Both the position numbers and the translations under genes were made by a program. The notes beneath the pieces were generated by a model. It made no database searches, was not told where the DNA came from, and saw nothing but the letters and a program-made list of their open reading frames with translations. Positions 25,718 through 34,412 of a DNA stretch of 56,874 nucleotides are shown here, in pieces (position 1 is the first letter of the stretch; each line of letters begins with the position of its first letter). The stretch lies in the IMG/VR virus record IMGVR_UViG_3300020472_000030, positions 1-56,874 of that record; one strand, given 5' to 3'. The stretch comes from a virus. Lineage: Duplodnaviria; Caudoviricetes.

Positions 25718-25876
25718 CCCCCAATCATGGAGATATCATGGAAATGTTTGGTAATATTCACAAAATAAAAAAGTCTTTATATATCAATAGGTTAGGGGCG
25801 GTTCCTAGACTTGACATGAGGTCGCGCGGCGGGGCACCCCCTCACGTACAACTTTGGGTTTTTTGAAAACACCTTT

Positions 25877-25916
25877 AAAAATTGTTCTTGACATTTAATG
25901 TCATTTTTAGTATAAT
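25877..25916 (+). promoter_or_regulatory. sigma70-type late-region promoter
   Basis: AAAAATTGTTC-TTGACA-N17-TATAAT. Confidence 0.85.
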
Positions 25917-25923
25917 TTTTTAC

Positions 25924-27450
25924 ATGGCAACTTATCGAGCGACTTTTACTCTCCCACAATATCAAGGCGGAACTCCTGGGCACTATCCTATAGTAGATGG
26001 AGGTACTTATGACCTCTATGCAGGGAATACTCAAGTTAATAGTGAGGTGTATGCTCCTGGACTAACGATGTATTTCAAAGATAGTGATAGTGTTGGGGTA
26101 ATCGTAAATCATGGAGGAGCAGGTTCTAATACTTCTATAATGTATAATGACACCGGTTTCCAAGACGAGCCCGATCCTACTAGCCCGTCAGGTCTAGGAG
26201 CACAAGCTAGCGGCACTACATGGAGCAGAACTTGGGACGATGAAGATGACTATACCATGAATTGGTGGTGGTGGGGAAATAATGATTCAACCACCGCCTA
26301 CTATACTGGTAGAGCCCAATTTCAAAGAATAGAATGTACTGCCGGCGGCTTAGGAAGTAGTAATGTCGCTCAAGGTTCTACCCTTACAATTACTCCCACT
26401 ATAAAGACTGCATTAAGTGGAAGTTCAATGCTTACTGCTAGTGGTTCTAATGGTCACAAATGTTTTTTAAAGATATGGACTACAACAAGTAATGGCTCGG
26501 TTATAAATTTACCTATTCATACAACAGGTACCAACGGCTTTACTTGGTCTAATAGTGGTAGTTCTACTGGTTTTATCAGAAGCACTAATACATCGGACAC
26601 AGTTACCGTAGGGTCAGGAGTAGCCACAGGAAAGTATAGAGTTACAGTCTGTCACTATAACCCTTTTAGTACTTCAACTTCGGGAGATAAATATACCAAT
26701 CCTTATTATGGTTTAGACCAAAATATGGGTAGTTTTGTTTTTGATGTAGTTGAGCCTAGTGATAGTACTCCTAATGACATTGATTTGCGATATTCTGCTT
26801 CCACCAATAATGTTACAGGGGCTGGGGGCGGAAATACTTTTCAAACAGAAAATGCTCCTTTAACGGGGTTTAACCAAACTGTTACTCCCACCATTACAGG
26901 AGGAGAATACCAAGTTAATAGTGATGGAAATTGGTGGAGTACACAAGGTAATAGAGATACGGTAGTAACAGGCGACTATATTAGAGTTAGGGGAGTTGCA
27001 AGTACTACATATGGAGGTGTAACAAGTGTTGTCCTAACTATTGGTTCTATGACCGAAACATGGACAATAACTACAGAAAGCGATCCAGGTGGTGGGGGCA
27101 CAGGCACAGGGGGCGCAGGTTCAACCAATTACGGGTTAATAGTTTATAATAGCGATGGGGACGAAGTAATTTTTGGGCCTAACCAAAGAGCCATGCATGT
27201 ACTGGGTCATAGTTCTAGTAGTATTAGTATTGGACCTTCTACCACATACGGTAGTTCAACACTTACTCCTGTAGAAGGAATGACAACTAATAATCAAGAC
27301 ACAATAGGAGTCCTTGTAGGAGGTACTCCAATAGTATCTTCATTCGGTCAATTATTAACAATTACCTATTATAATGGGTATTTTACTATTAGAAATAATT
27401 CAACTACTCTTACTTTAGCCGATATAAGATGGTATGCAATAAGGTATTAA
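25924..27450 (+). CDS. putative receptor-binding/tail-tip protein
   Basis: G/S/T-rich beta protein at the T5 pb5-equivalent locus; C-terminal YGLIVYNSDG domain; ATG 25924. Confidence 0.65.
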   Translation: MATYRATFTLPQYQGGTPGHYPIVDGGTYDLYAGNTQVNSEVYAPGLTMYFKDSDSVGVIVNHGGAGSNTSIMYNDTGFQDEPDPTSPSGLGAQASGTTWSRTWDDEDDYTMNWWWWGNNDSTTAYYTGRAQFQRIECTAGGLGSSNVAQGSTLTITPTIKTALSGSSMLTASGSNGHKCFLKIWTTTSNGSVINLPIHTTGTNGFTWSNSGSSTGFIRSTNTSDTVTVGSGVATGKYRVTVCHYNPFSTSTSGDKYTNPYYGLDQNMGSFVFDVVEPSDSTPNDIDLRYSASTNNVTGAGGGNTFQTENAPLTGFNQTVTPTITGGEYQVNSDGNWWSTQGNRDTVVTGDYIRVRGVASTTYGGVTSVVLTIGSMTETWTITTESDPGGGGTGTGGAGSTNYGLIVYNSDGDEVIFGPNQRAMHVLGHSSSSISIGPSTTYGSSTLTPVEGMTTNNQDTIGVLVGGTPIVSSFGQLLTITYYNGYFTIRNNSTTLTLADIRWYAIRY

Positions 27451-27453
27451 AAT

Positions 27454-28125
27454 ATGACATATGGATTAGAAATAACAGGTGCCGATGGCATTTATCAACT
27501 AAATAGTAATACTGCTGGTACTAAATATTTGGGAGTGCATGTAAACACTAGTACAACTGCTTTGAACACTGATGTAACAGGCTTCGGTGCTGGTGATTTT
27601 GTATTTGTAAAGCCCAAAAGTAATAACTCCTCTTATTCTAATATGTCAATATGGAGTGCGGGTTCTGTACTCAAATTTGGAGCTCATGCAGACTATCTTA
27701 TCTTAAAAATTTCAACCTCTTTAAGCGATTCGGGTGGTTCGGATTATGGAATATCAGTTACAAATAACGGGAACACGGAAATTTTTAATACAAAAAAGTT
27801 AAATAAGGGAGGAGTAGAAGTCCTAGCTATTAAAGACGAAAATAGTCTTGATGGAGGCGGTGGTACAAACGGTCCTCCCGCTAGCGGTAATGTTATATAT
27901 CAGGCTCCGTCTGGAGGAAATTTAAATAATGTGTGGTTTGGTACAGGAGCAGGGGCTTCGCTTTATGGTTCTGGGTACACCATAAATAGTTGTTATTATG
28001 ACTATACTAATATGCGCATTCTATTTCAGTCTTGGGTGGATTTAGCAGGGGTTCCAGGAGGCGGCGATTCTTTCGCGCCCTTAGGAAACGGAGGAAAAAT
28101 ACTAATAGGAGAATTACACGAATGA
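27454..28125 (+). CDS. putative tail-tip accessory protein
   Basis: Two YG[LI]x[IV] repeats (MTYGLEITG, DYGISVTN). Confidence 0.6.
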   Translation: MTYGLEITGADGIYQLNSNTAGTKYLGVHVNTSTTALNTDVTGFGAGDFVFVKPKSNNSSYSNMSIWSAGSVLKFGAHADYLILKISTSLSDSGGSDYGISVTNNGNTEIFNTKKLNKGGVEVLAIKDENSLDGGGGTNGPPASGNVIYQAPSGGNLNNVWFGTGAGASLYGSGYTINSCYYDYTNMRILFQSWVDLAGVPGGGDSFAPLGNGGKILIGELHE

Positions 28126-28580
28126 GTGGAAAAATATTAACAAGAGTAAATTCAGAGGGGCATATTATAACGTTTTACAGAACAGGCCCTCTCCCACCTA
28201 TAGAGGAAGGAACTGTTGATGGTATAACAACAGTATATGTAGATCAATCGGAAGCTTCTATTTCAAATTTAAATTTGTGGGTGGATACTCATTACTATAA
28301 AGACGGTGAGTGGAAAGAACGATCTGAGCCCCCAGGCGATTGGTACGATTGGAAGAACGAGGCCTGGACACCTAATACCACTGTTGTATATGAAAAAATT
28401 CGAAGACAAAGACATATACTACTACATGAAACAGATTGGACTCAATTTGCAGACAGTCCTTTGTCCGATGAAAAGAAGGCAGAATGGGCGGCATACCGAA
28501 AAATATTAAGAGATATTCCGGAGGATCAATCAACTCTAGACCACCCCAACGCAGTAGTTTGGCCCTCAAAACCATCATAG
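28122..28580 (+). CDS. tail fibre assembly chaperone
   Basis: R..LL.ETDWTQFAD.P....EWAAYRKILRDIP...WP. Confidence 0.85.
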   Translation: MSGKILTRVNSEGHIITFYRTGPLPPIEEGTVDGITTVYVDQSEASISNLNLWVDTHYYKDGEWKERSEPPGDWYDWKNEAWTPNTTVVYEKIRRQRHILLHETDWTQFADSPLSDEKKAEWAAYRKILRDIPEDQSTLDHPNAVVWPSKPS

Positions 28581-28620
28581 AAAAATTTTTCTTGACTTTG
28601 CATCCTGTTTTGAGTATAAT
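28581..28620 (+). promoter_or_regulatory. sigma70-type promoter
   Basis: TTGACT-N17-TATAAT. Confidence 0.85.
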
Positions 28621-28626
28621 TCCCTC

Positions 28627-29091
28627 ATGGCTAAAGAAGTAACAACAATTTCTCCGGAAGGACTTGAAGTAGCGAACTCGTACCTGACTCTTGGTAATAT
28701 TAAGGGAGTATGCCAAGATCTAATGGTTGATGAAAAGAAGGTTGTGGATATACTAAATCGACGAGAAGTTAAAAAGTATATCGATACTGTTTACCTCGAT
28801 ACGGGGTATCGAAACAAAAATAACATCGGATCCTTGTTGGACGAGATGATTAATTCGAAGCTTGAAGAAGCACAGGAAAGCGGTGTGTATTCCAGCAAGG
28901 ACTTAGCTGACTTACTACAGCTGGCACACAAAATGCGTATGGATGAGATAAAAGCTCAAGCAGAGCTAGAAAAGGCATCCGCTTCCAATATTAAAAATCA
29001 GACAAATGTTCAGATTAATGAGGGAGTACCATTCGGTCAGGGTAATTATGGCAAGTTAATGGACAAACTCTTAAATGGAACACCAGCCTGA
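28627..29091 (+). CDS. terminase small subunit (T5-like)
   Basis: ISPEGLEVANSYL, YLDTGYRN, NYGKLMDKL; T5 synteny. Confidence 0.8.
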   Translation: MAKEVTTISPEGLEVANSYLTLGNIKGVCQDLMVDEKKVVDILNRREVKKYIDTVYLDTGYRNKNNIGSLLDEMINSKLEEAQESGVYSSKDLADLLQLAHKMRMDEIKAQAELEKASASNIKNQTNVQINEGVPFGQGNYGKLMDKLLNGTPA

Positions 29092-29278
29092 TTTAAATGA
29101 ATTACACACACGTTTTTCAACTCATGAAGCTCAATGCGAGGAGAGATGGAAAACTATCTTTAGCCGGTTGCAGGAAATAGAAAGAAAGCAAGATAGACTA
29201 CAGTTTTTGTTGTTGGGAGCAACAGGAACAGTAATCATCTTTTTAGGGAGTATTATACTTACACTACTTAACGGGTAG
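29075..29278 (+). CDS. XhlA/holin-like small membrane protein
   Basis: HEAQCEERW coiled coil plus C-terminal TM. Confidence 0.6.
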   Translation: MEHQPDLNELHTRFSTHEAQCEERWKTIFSRLQEIERKQDRLQFLLLGATGTVIIFLGSIILTLLNG

Positions 29279-29309
29279 TCGACGTTCCCCGAGAACGTAG
29301 AGATAATGT

Positions 29310-29756
29310 GTGGAGCCAATCACAGCTGCAGTGGCAGCTTTTAGTGCTGTTAAAAAAGGTATCCAAGTTGGAAAAGAACTGCATGATATGGCAGGGGATA
29401 TCGGCAAACTCTGGGGCGGAATAGATGCTGCTAGAGGTGCGCACAAACAAAAGAAAGACGGACAGTTTATATCTGTAGAGGAAGAAGCTTTACAAACCTT
29501 TGCGGCAAAAAGAAAAGCGGATGAAATTGAAAAAGAACTAAGGGAGTTCATAATTTATACGCTCGGTGGAGCAGCATGGACTCAGTTAATTGAGATTCGC
29601 GGGCAAGTCAGAAAACAAAGAATAGAAGCAGCTGCGGCAGCCCGACGAAAAAAGAGAAAAGTCATTGAAGCAGGAATCATGGTATTAGTTTTACTATTTG
29701 GATTTGGAGTTCTAGGCTACATGGGCTTTATAGTGGTAACACATGGAAACTTTTGA
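29310..29756 (+). CDS. helical protein with C-terminal TM anchor
   Basis: 148 aa; similar architecture to next ORF. Confidence 0.75.
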   Translation: MEPITAAVAAFSAVKKGIQVGKELHDMAGDIGKLWGGIDAARGAHKQKKDGQFISVEEEALQTFAAKRKADEIEKELREFIIYTLGGAAWTQLIEIRGQVRKQRIEAAAAARRKKRKVIEAGIMVLVLLFGFGVLGYMGFIVVTHGNF

Positions 29757-29780
29757 TGCTGAAAGTTAAGAGAACAATAA

Positions 29781-30233
29781 GTGATTGGAGAGGTAGCAGC
29801 CGTTCTAGGTGCGCTCAAGGCGTTGAACGACGGAATCAATACGATCAAACAATCAGCAGGTCATGCAAGTGATCTACAATCCATCGTAGGTAAATGGGCA
29901 GGGGCAAGCGAAAAATACAGGGAAGTTGAACGAAAAAAAGCTGGTAGAATGTCATATAAAGAAGCTTTGGACATGGAAAGTGCAAAGCGCCAGTTAGATA
30001 ACTTTGATCGACAATTAAAAGACATTTGTTTAATGCAGGGTCAAGGAGACTTATATACGTCAATTAAGAAACGTATGGAAGATTCTCGAATAGCTCATGC
30101 AAAAGAGGTGGCACGTTTACGTGTACAAAGAAAAAAGCTAAAAGAGTATTTTCAGCTAGGTTTAGCAGGAATAGTCTTATGGGGCTTAACAATGATAATA
30201 GTGTGGCTGATAATGGTTGCCACTAAAGTATAG
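29781..30233 (+). CDS. helical protein with C-terminal TM anchor
   Basis: 150 aa; likely paralog of previous ORF. Confidence 0.75.
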   Translation: MIGEVAAVLGALKALNDGINTIKQSAGHASDLQSIVGKWAGASEKYREVERKKAGRMSYKEALDMESAKRQLDNFDRQLKDICLMQGQGDLYTSIKKRMEDSRIAHAKEVARLRVQRKKLKEYFQLGLAGIVLWGLTMIIVWLIMVATKV

Positions 30234-30242
30234 GAGAATATT

Positions 30243-30290
30243 ATGTGTGAAGTATGTCTATGTGTACCTTGCAGGTGTAATCATGCCTAA
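30243..30290 (+). CDS. 15-aa Cys-rich micropeptide
   Basis: AGGAG RBS; MCEVCLCVPCRCNHA. Confidence 0.5.
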   Translation: MCEVCLCVPCRCNHA

Positions 30291-30369
30291 GGGTAGAGGA
30301 ACTTACGGGTCAACCGTTGGACGCCCTAAGAAGAAGAAAAAGAGAAAGAGCCGTGCCAAGAAAAAGTAG
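30283..30369 (+). CDS. 28-aa highly basic peptide
   Basis: MPKGRGTYGSTVGRPKKKKKRKSRAKKK, coupled to flanking ORFs. Confidence 0.6.
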   Translation: MPKGRGTYGSTVGRPKKKKKRKSRAKKK

Positions 30370-30649
30370 CAGAGGTTCAAAATTAAAAAGAGCAGGCGTT
30401 AAATCTTATAATAAGCCAAAGCGCACTCCGGGGCATAAAACAAAGTCCCATATTGTAGTAGCTAAAGTAGGTACTAAAACAAAGACTATTCGTTTCGGAC
30501 AACAAGGTGCTAAAACGGCTGGTAAACCGAAGAAAAACGAAAGTGAGGCAATGAAGAAAAAGCGAGCAAGTTTTAAAGCTCGTCATGCTAAAAATATTGC
30601 AAAAGGGAAAATGAGTGCGGCGTACTGGGCTGACAAAGTCAAGTGGTAA
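30353..30649 (+). CDS. basic conserved phage protein
   Basis: KTIRFGQQG, RASFKARH, SAAYWA..KW motif common in aquatic phages. Confidence 0.8.
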   Translation: MPRKSSRGSKLKRAGVKSYNKPKRTPGHKTKSHIVVAKVGTKTKTIRFGQQGAKTAGKPKKNESEAMKKKRASFKARHAKNIAKGKMSAAYWADKVKW

Positions 30650-30818
30650 TTATATCATAGTCCGGAAGGAGCAACTAGCGGAAGACCGTGAAAAAGCCTC
30701 GAAGGACTATGATAAACAGTGGTATACACGTCTGATTCAAGAATTGGACTGGGCTGAGCAAGCCCAAAGTAAAACGTATAGCCGTAATTGCTATATGGAA
30801 GGAGAGCGTAAAGTATGA
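30615..30818 (+). CDS. hypothetical protein (start uncertain)
   Basis: QWYTRLIQELDW; coupled to next gene. Confidence 0.55.
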   Translation: MRRTGLTKSSGNYIIVRKEQLAEDREKASKDYDKQWYTRLIQELDWAEQAQSKTYSRNCYMEGERKV

Positions 30819-31183
30819 GTGATATGGATAGATTTCAAGGAGACATGTCCAGAAACGAGGTAGAATTAGACCTCAGTAAATTTATGGAGCTTCTCCAAGA
30901 ACAGTCTGCCTTAAAAGATAGGATTCGTGAATTAGAAGACATGGAAACTCGTAATCCTTGGCAAAAGTTTATATTCATGGCACAAGCTGTAGATAGTTGG
31001 AGAATTTTTCCGCGCTTATTTTTAAGTGTTTACATTTTCCTACTATATTACAGCACTATGTGGTTCATGGCATTACCAGAACCCAGTATGGAGCAATCAG
31101 GACTTATTTCAATTATAGTAGGTGCTGGAGCTGCATGGTTTGGTTTGTATGCCGGAACTAGTAAAGGAAAAACTGACCACTAA
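30815..31183 (+). CDS. two-TM membrane protein, holin candidate
   Basis: DSWRIFPRLF plus two TM helices. Confidence 0.65.
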   Translation: MSDMDRFQGDMSRNEVELDLSKFMELLQEQSALKDRIRELEDMETRNPWQKFIFMAQAVDSWRIFPRLFLSVYIFLLYYSTMWFMALPEPSMEQSGLISIIVGAGAAWFGLYAGTSKGKTDH

Positions 31184-31192
31184 GAGGTTAAT

Positions 31193-32497
31193 ATGACGAT
31201 TGAAATTAGTAGGAGGGATGTTACATCCAACCAACTATTAGAGTTACAATCTGAGACAAGGTTTCTCAAATTACCAGTAGATCCATATTTGGAACTACTC
31301 GGCGTAACGCCACTTGCTAGTCAGGTGGCGATTATCAACGCGATCAACAATCCGAAATACCGTTTTGTGTGTGCGGCAGTTTCGAGAAGGCAGGGTAAAA
31401 CCTACATCGCAAATATAATAGGGCAGCTGGTATCATTAGTGCCCAACTCTAACATACTCATAATGTCTCCCAACTATGCCTTGTCTCAGATTTCTTTTGA
31501 CTTACAAAGAAATCTGATTAAGCATTTTGACTTGGAAGTTGCGAAAGACAATGCGAAAGATAAGGTTATAGAGCTAACAAATGGATCAACTATACGTATG
31601 GGAAGTGTTAATCAAGTGGATAGCTGTGTTGGTAGGAGTTACGACCTTATCATCTTTGATGAAGCCGCTTTGGCTGATGGAAGAGACGCCTTCAATGTTG
31701 CCCTTCGTCCGACACTCGATAAAGATAACTCAAAAGCAATATTCATAAGCACACCAAGAGGAAAGAACAACTGGTTTTCAGAGTTTTTCTACAGGGGATT
31801 TAGCGATGACTTTTCAGAGTGGGCGTCTATTCGGGCTACTTATAAAGATAATCCGCGTATGTCTGAAACTGATATTGCGGAAGCTAGAAAATCTATGTCC
31901 GAGGCCGAGTTTCGACAAGAGTATGAAGCTGACTTTAATACCTATGAAGGTCAGATCTGGAACTTTAACCATGAAGTCTGTATCGGAAACTTCGATGAAA
32001 TTGACACCTCAAAGATGGATGTCTTTGCGGGACTGGATGTTGGTTACAGAGACCCTACGGCCTTTTGTGTAATTGGCTATGACTGGGACGAAGAAAAGTT
32101 CTACTTGTTAGATGAGTACTTAGATGCAGAACAAACCACAGAAACACACGCACGAGAAATACAAAAACGAATTGATAGGTGGGACATAGATTATATTTAT
32201 ATTGACTCCGCTGCACAGCAGACCCGTTTCGATTTTGCTCAGAACTACGATATATCGACAATCAATGCAAAGAAATCAGTTTTAGACGGTATAGCACAAG
32301 TGGCAGGAATAATAGACAATGATAAATTACTTGTCGAACAGACTTGTAAACAATCTCTTTCAGCGTTAGATCAGTACCAGTGGGACCCCAATCCAAACCT
32401 AGTTAAAGAGAAACCGAAACACAATTATGCATCACACATGGCGGATGCGTTAAGGTATGCATTGTACTCATTTGAGACTTCGGCAATAAGTTTTTAG
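31193..32497 (+). CDS. terminase large subunit
   Basis: SRRQGKT, IIFDEAA, ISTPRG, GLDVG..D, H.ADALRY. Confidence 0.97.
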   Translation: MTIEISRRDVTSNQLLELQSETRFLKLPVDPYLELLGVTPLASQVAIINAINNPKYRFVCAAVSRRQGKTYIANIIGQLVSLVPNSNILIMSPNYALSQISFDLQRNLIKHFDLEVAKDNAKDKVIELTNGSTIRMGSVNQVDSCVGRSYDLIIFDEAALADGRDAFNVALRPTLDKDNSKAIFISTPRGKNNWFSEFFYRGFSDDFSEWASIRATYKDNPRMSETDIAEARKSMSEAEFRQEYEADFNTYEGQIWNFNHEVCIGNFDEIDTSKMDVFAGLDVGYRDPTAFCVIGYDWDEEKFYLLDEYLDAEQTTETHAREIQKRIDRWDIDYIYIDSAAQQTRFDFAQNYDISTINAKKSVLDGIAQVAGIIDNDKLLVEQTCKQSLSALDQYQWDPNPNLVKEKPKHNYASHMADALRYALYSFETSAISF

Positions 32498-32509
32498 GAC
32501 ACCTACTCA

Positions 32510-32548
32510 AAAATAATGTTTGACATAGTATCCCAAACTAGATATAAT
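32510..32548 (+). promoter_or_regulatory. sigma70-type promoter
   Basis: TTGACA-N17-TATAAT. Confidence 0.85.
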
Positions 32549-32582
32549 TCTCTTACTGAAAAATTAGAAAATCCGAAACCCG

Positions 32583-32951
32583 ATGGCTGAACTGAAACGT
32601 GATGTTGTAAAGTATGTCAGAGATAAGGCAAAATCTAAGTATGAGAAAGGTTCGGCTTGTGAAATTTGCGACTCAACAGAAGCGCTAGATTTTCACCATT
32701 TCTATTCATTAGCCCCTTTAGTACATAAGTGGCTTCGAGAAAATAAACTAGATCCAAAGTACATTCTCGCAATTCGAGACGACTTTATAGAAGAGCACAA
32801 AGCCGAACTTTATGATTATACTGCTACTCTGTGTCATACACACCACATGCAGCTGCATAAAGTATATGGAAGAGACCCAGGTTTAGGAACAGCAAAGAAA
32901 CAAATGCGCTGGGTCGAGATACAAAGAGAAAAACATAATGGCATGGTATGA
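32583..32951 (+). CDS. HNH-type (nicking) endonuclease
   Basis: CEIC..FHH..LCHTHH..LH; same position as the T5 nicking endonuclease. Confidence 0.8.
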   Translation: MAELKRDVVKYVRDKAKSKYEKGSACEICDSTEALDFHHFYSLAPLVHKWLRENKLDPKYILAIRDDFIEEHKAELYDYTATLCHTHHMQLHKVYGRDPGLGTAKKQMRWVEIQREKHNGMV

Positions 32952-34128
32952 CAGGTTCTTAGGCCGAAAAGAAGAGGATATTTATGAAAAACTAAATCCT
33001 GTTCAAGAATATTTTGCCGGACAATCACAATCTTCACGTGAACATACTCAAAGTTATGAAAGATACTATGAAACTCTAGAAATTGTTAACCGTGCAGTAA
33101 ATATGGTTGTTGATGACTGTGCAGAAATACCTGCAATAGTACAACCTATTGGAATGTCAGGAATTGTAAAAGGAATAAAGCGTTCAAAAGTCCATAAGCT
33201 TATTAATGAAGAACCCAACTTATTTCAAGACATTAGCTCTTTCAAGCGTAATTTAATTACTGATTATATTCTTGATGGCAATATTTTTATTTATTACGAT
33301 GGTGCTCATTTTTACCACATCCCTGCTAATGATGTTACAATACACGCAGATGCAAAAACTTTTATCGACAGGTATACATATGCTGAAGTAGACTATTCCC
33401 CTGATGAAATCATACACATAAAAGAAAATTCTTTTCATGATATGTATAGAGGAGTATCTCGATTAAAACCTGCTGTTCGTACTATGGCTTTAATGGCGAA
33501 TATGCGACAGTTTCAGGATAACTTCTTTAAAAATGGAGCGGTGCCAGGACTGGTTTTAAAAAGTCCTAATACTTTGTCTGAGAAAATTAAAGAGAGAATG
33601 CTTCAATCGTGGAGTGTAAGATATCAACCTACAGCAGGAGGTAAAAGACCTTTAATTCTGGACGGTGGAATAGAAATTGATGCTATTTCAAATGTTAACT
33701 TCAGAGACTTAGACTTCCAAAGCTCAATAGCTGAAAACGAAAAAATTATATTAAAAGCGTTAGGGGTACCTCCAATTTTACTAGACTCTGGTAATAATGC
33801 AAATATACGTCCCAATATGAGGATGTACTACTTAGAAACAATATTACCTATAGTAAGAAAAGTTAACTTTGCTTTAGAAAGATTCTTCGGCTTTAGTATA
33901 AAGGAAGATATTACTAATATTCCTGCCCTACAGCCTGAGTTACGAGATCAGTCACAGTATTACACTTCATTAGTAAATGGTGGGATTATAAGCGTAAATG
34001 AGGCCAGAGAGCAATTAGGTTTCGAGATGTTAGAGGGACAAGACGATGTACGAATCCCTGCAAATATAGCCGGAAGTGCGGTTAATCCCGATGAAGGCGG
34101 AAGACCTGTTGAGGAGTCAGAAGAATGA
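32938..34128 (+). CDS. portal protein (HK97/T5 type)
   Basis: DGN, IIHIK, FFKNGAVP, LGVPPILL, SVNEAREQLG. Confidence 0.96.
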   Translation: MAWYDRFLGRKEEDIYEKLNPVQEYFAGQSQSSREHTQSYERYYETLEIVNRAVNMVVDDCAEIPAIVQPIGMSGIVKGIKRSKVHKLINEEPNLFQDISSFKRNLITDYILDGNIFIYYDGAHFYHIPANDVTIHADAKTFIDRYTYAEVDYSPDEIIHIKENSFHDMYRGVSRLKPAVRTMALMANMRQFQDNFFKNGAVPGLVLKSPNTLSEKIKERMLQSWSVRYQPTAGGKRPLILDGGIEIDAISNVNFRDLDFQSSIAENEKIILKALGVPPILLDSGNNANIRPNMRMYYLETILPIVRKVNFALERFFGFSIKEDITNIPALQPELRDQSQYYTSLVNGGIISVNEAREQLGFEMLEGQDDVRIPANIAGSAVNPDEGGRPVEESEE

Positions 34129-34412
34129 CAGAAAAGAAAAAACTACACGAAAAACATAGGATGTTAGCCTTGAAATACTTTGCAGAAACTTCTGTTAAGC
34201 AAGGGTATCTTATAAGCAAGGAAGAGGCATTAAAAACCAAATGGATGGATGCATCTTATCTTGATGATGAGGTTTGGTTTGATACATGGGAAGATATCAT
34301 AAAGTCTATGAAGTCTATCTTTACTGAAACTATGGATCTGAAACCAAAAGCCAAAGCAGCCCCTAAAGTTACAAAGGCTGACTCAGGAGGAAAGGATGGA
34401 AAAAGTATTTAA
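34125..34412 (+). CDS. hypothetical protein
   Basis: Coupled ORF between portal and protease. Confidence 0.65.
   Translation: MTEKKKLHEKHRMLALKYFAETSVKQGYLISKEEALKTKWMDASYLDDEVWFDTWEDIIKSMKSIFTETMDLKPKAKAAPKVTKADSGGKDGKSI

Noticed and set aside
25882-25923. TTG start of the 522-aa ORF
   Set aside because: This segment is the promoter itself; ATG 25924 is the plausible start
32583-32951. HNH as a mobile homing endonuclease or intron
   Set aside because: Free-standing at the conserved terL-portal position, with no interrupted gene
33030-33045. Second parS site in the portal gene (TTCACGTGAA core)
   Set aside because: Outer bases do not match the consensus; likely chance within coding sequence
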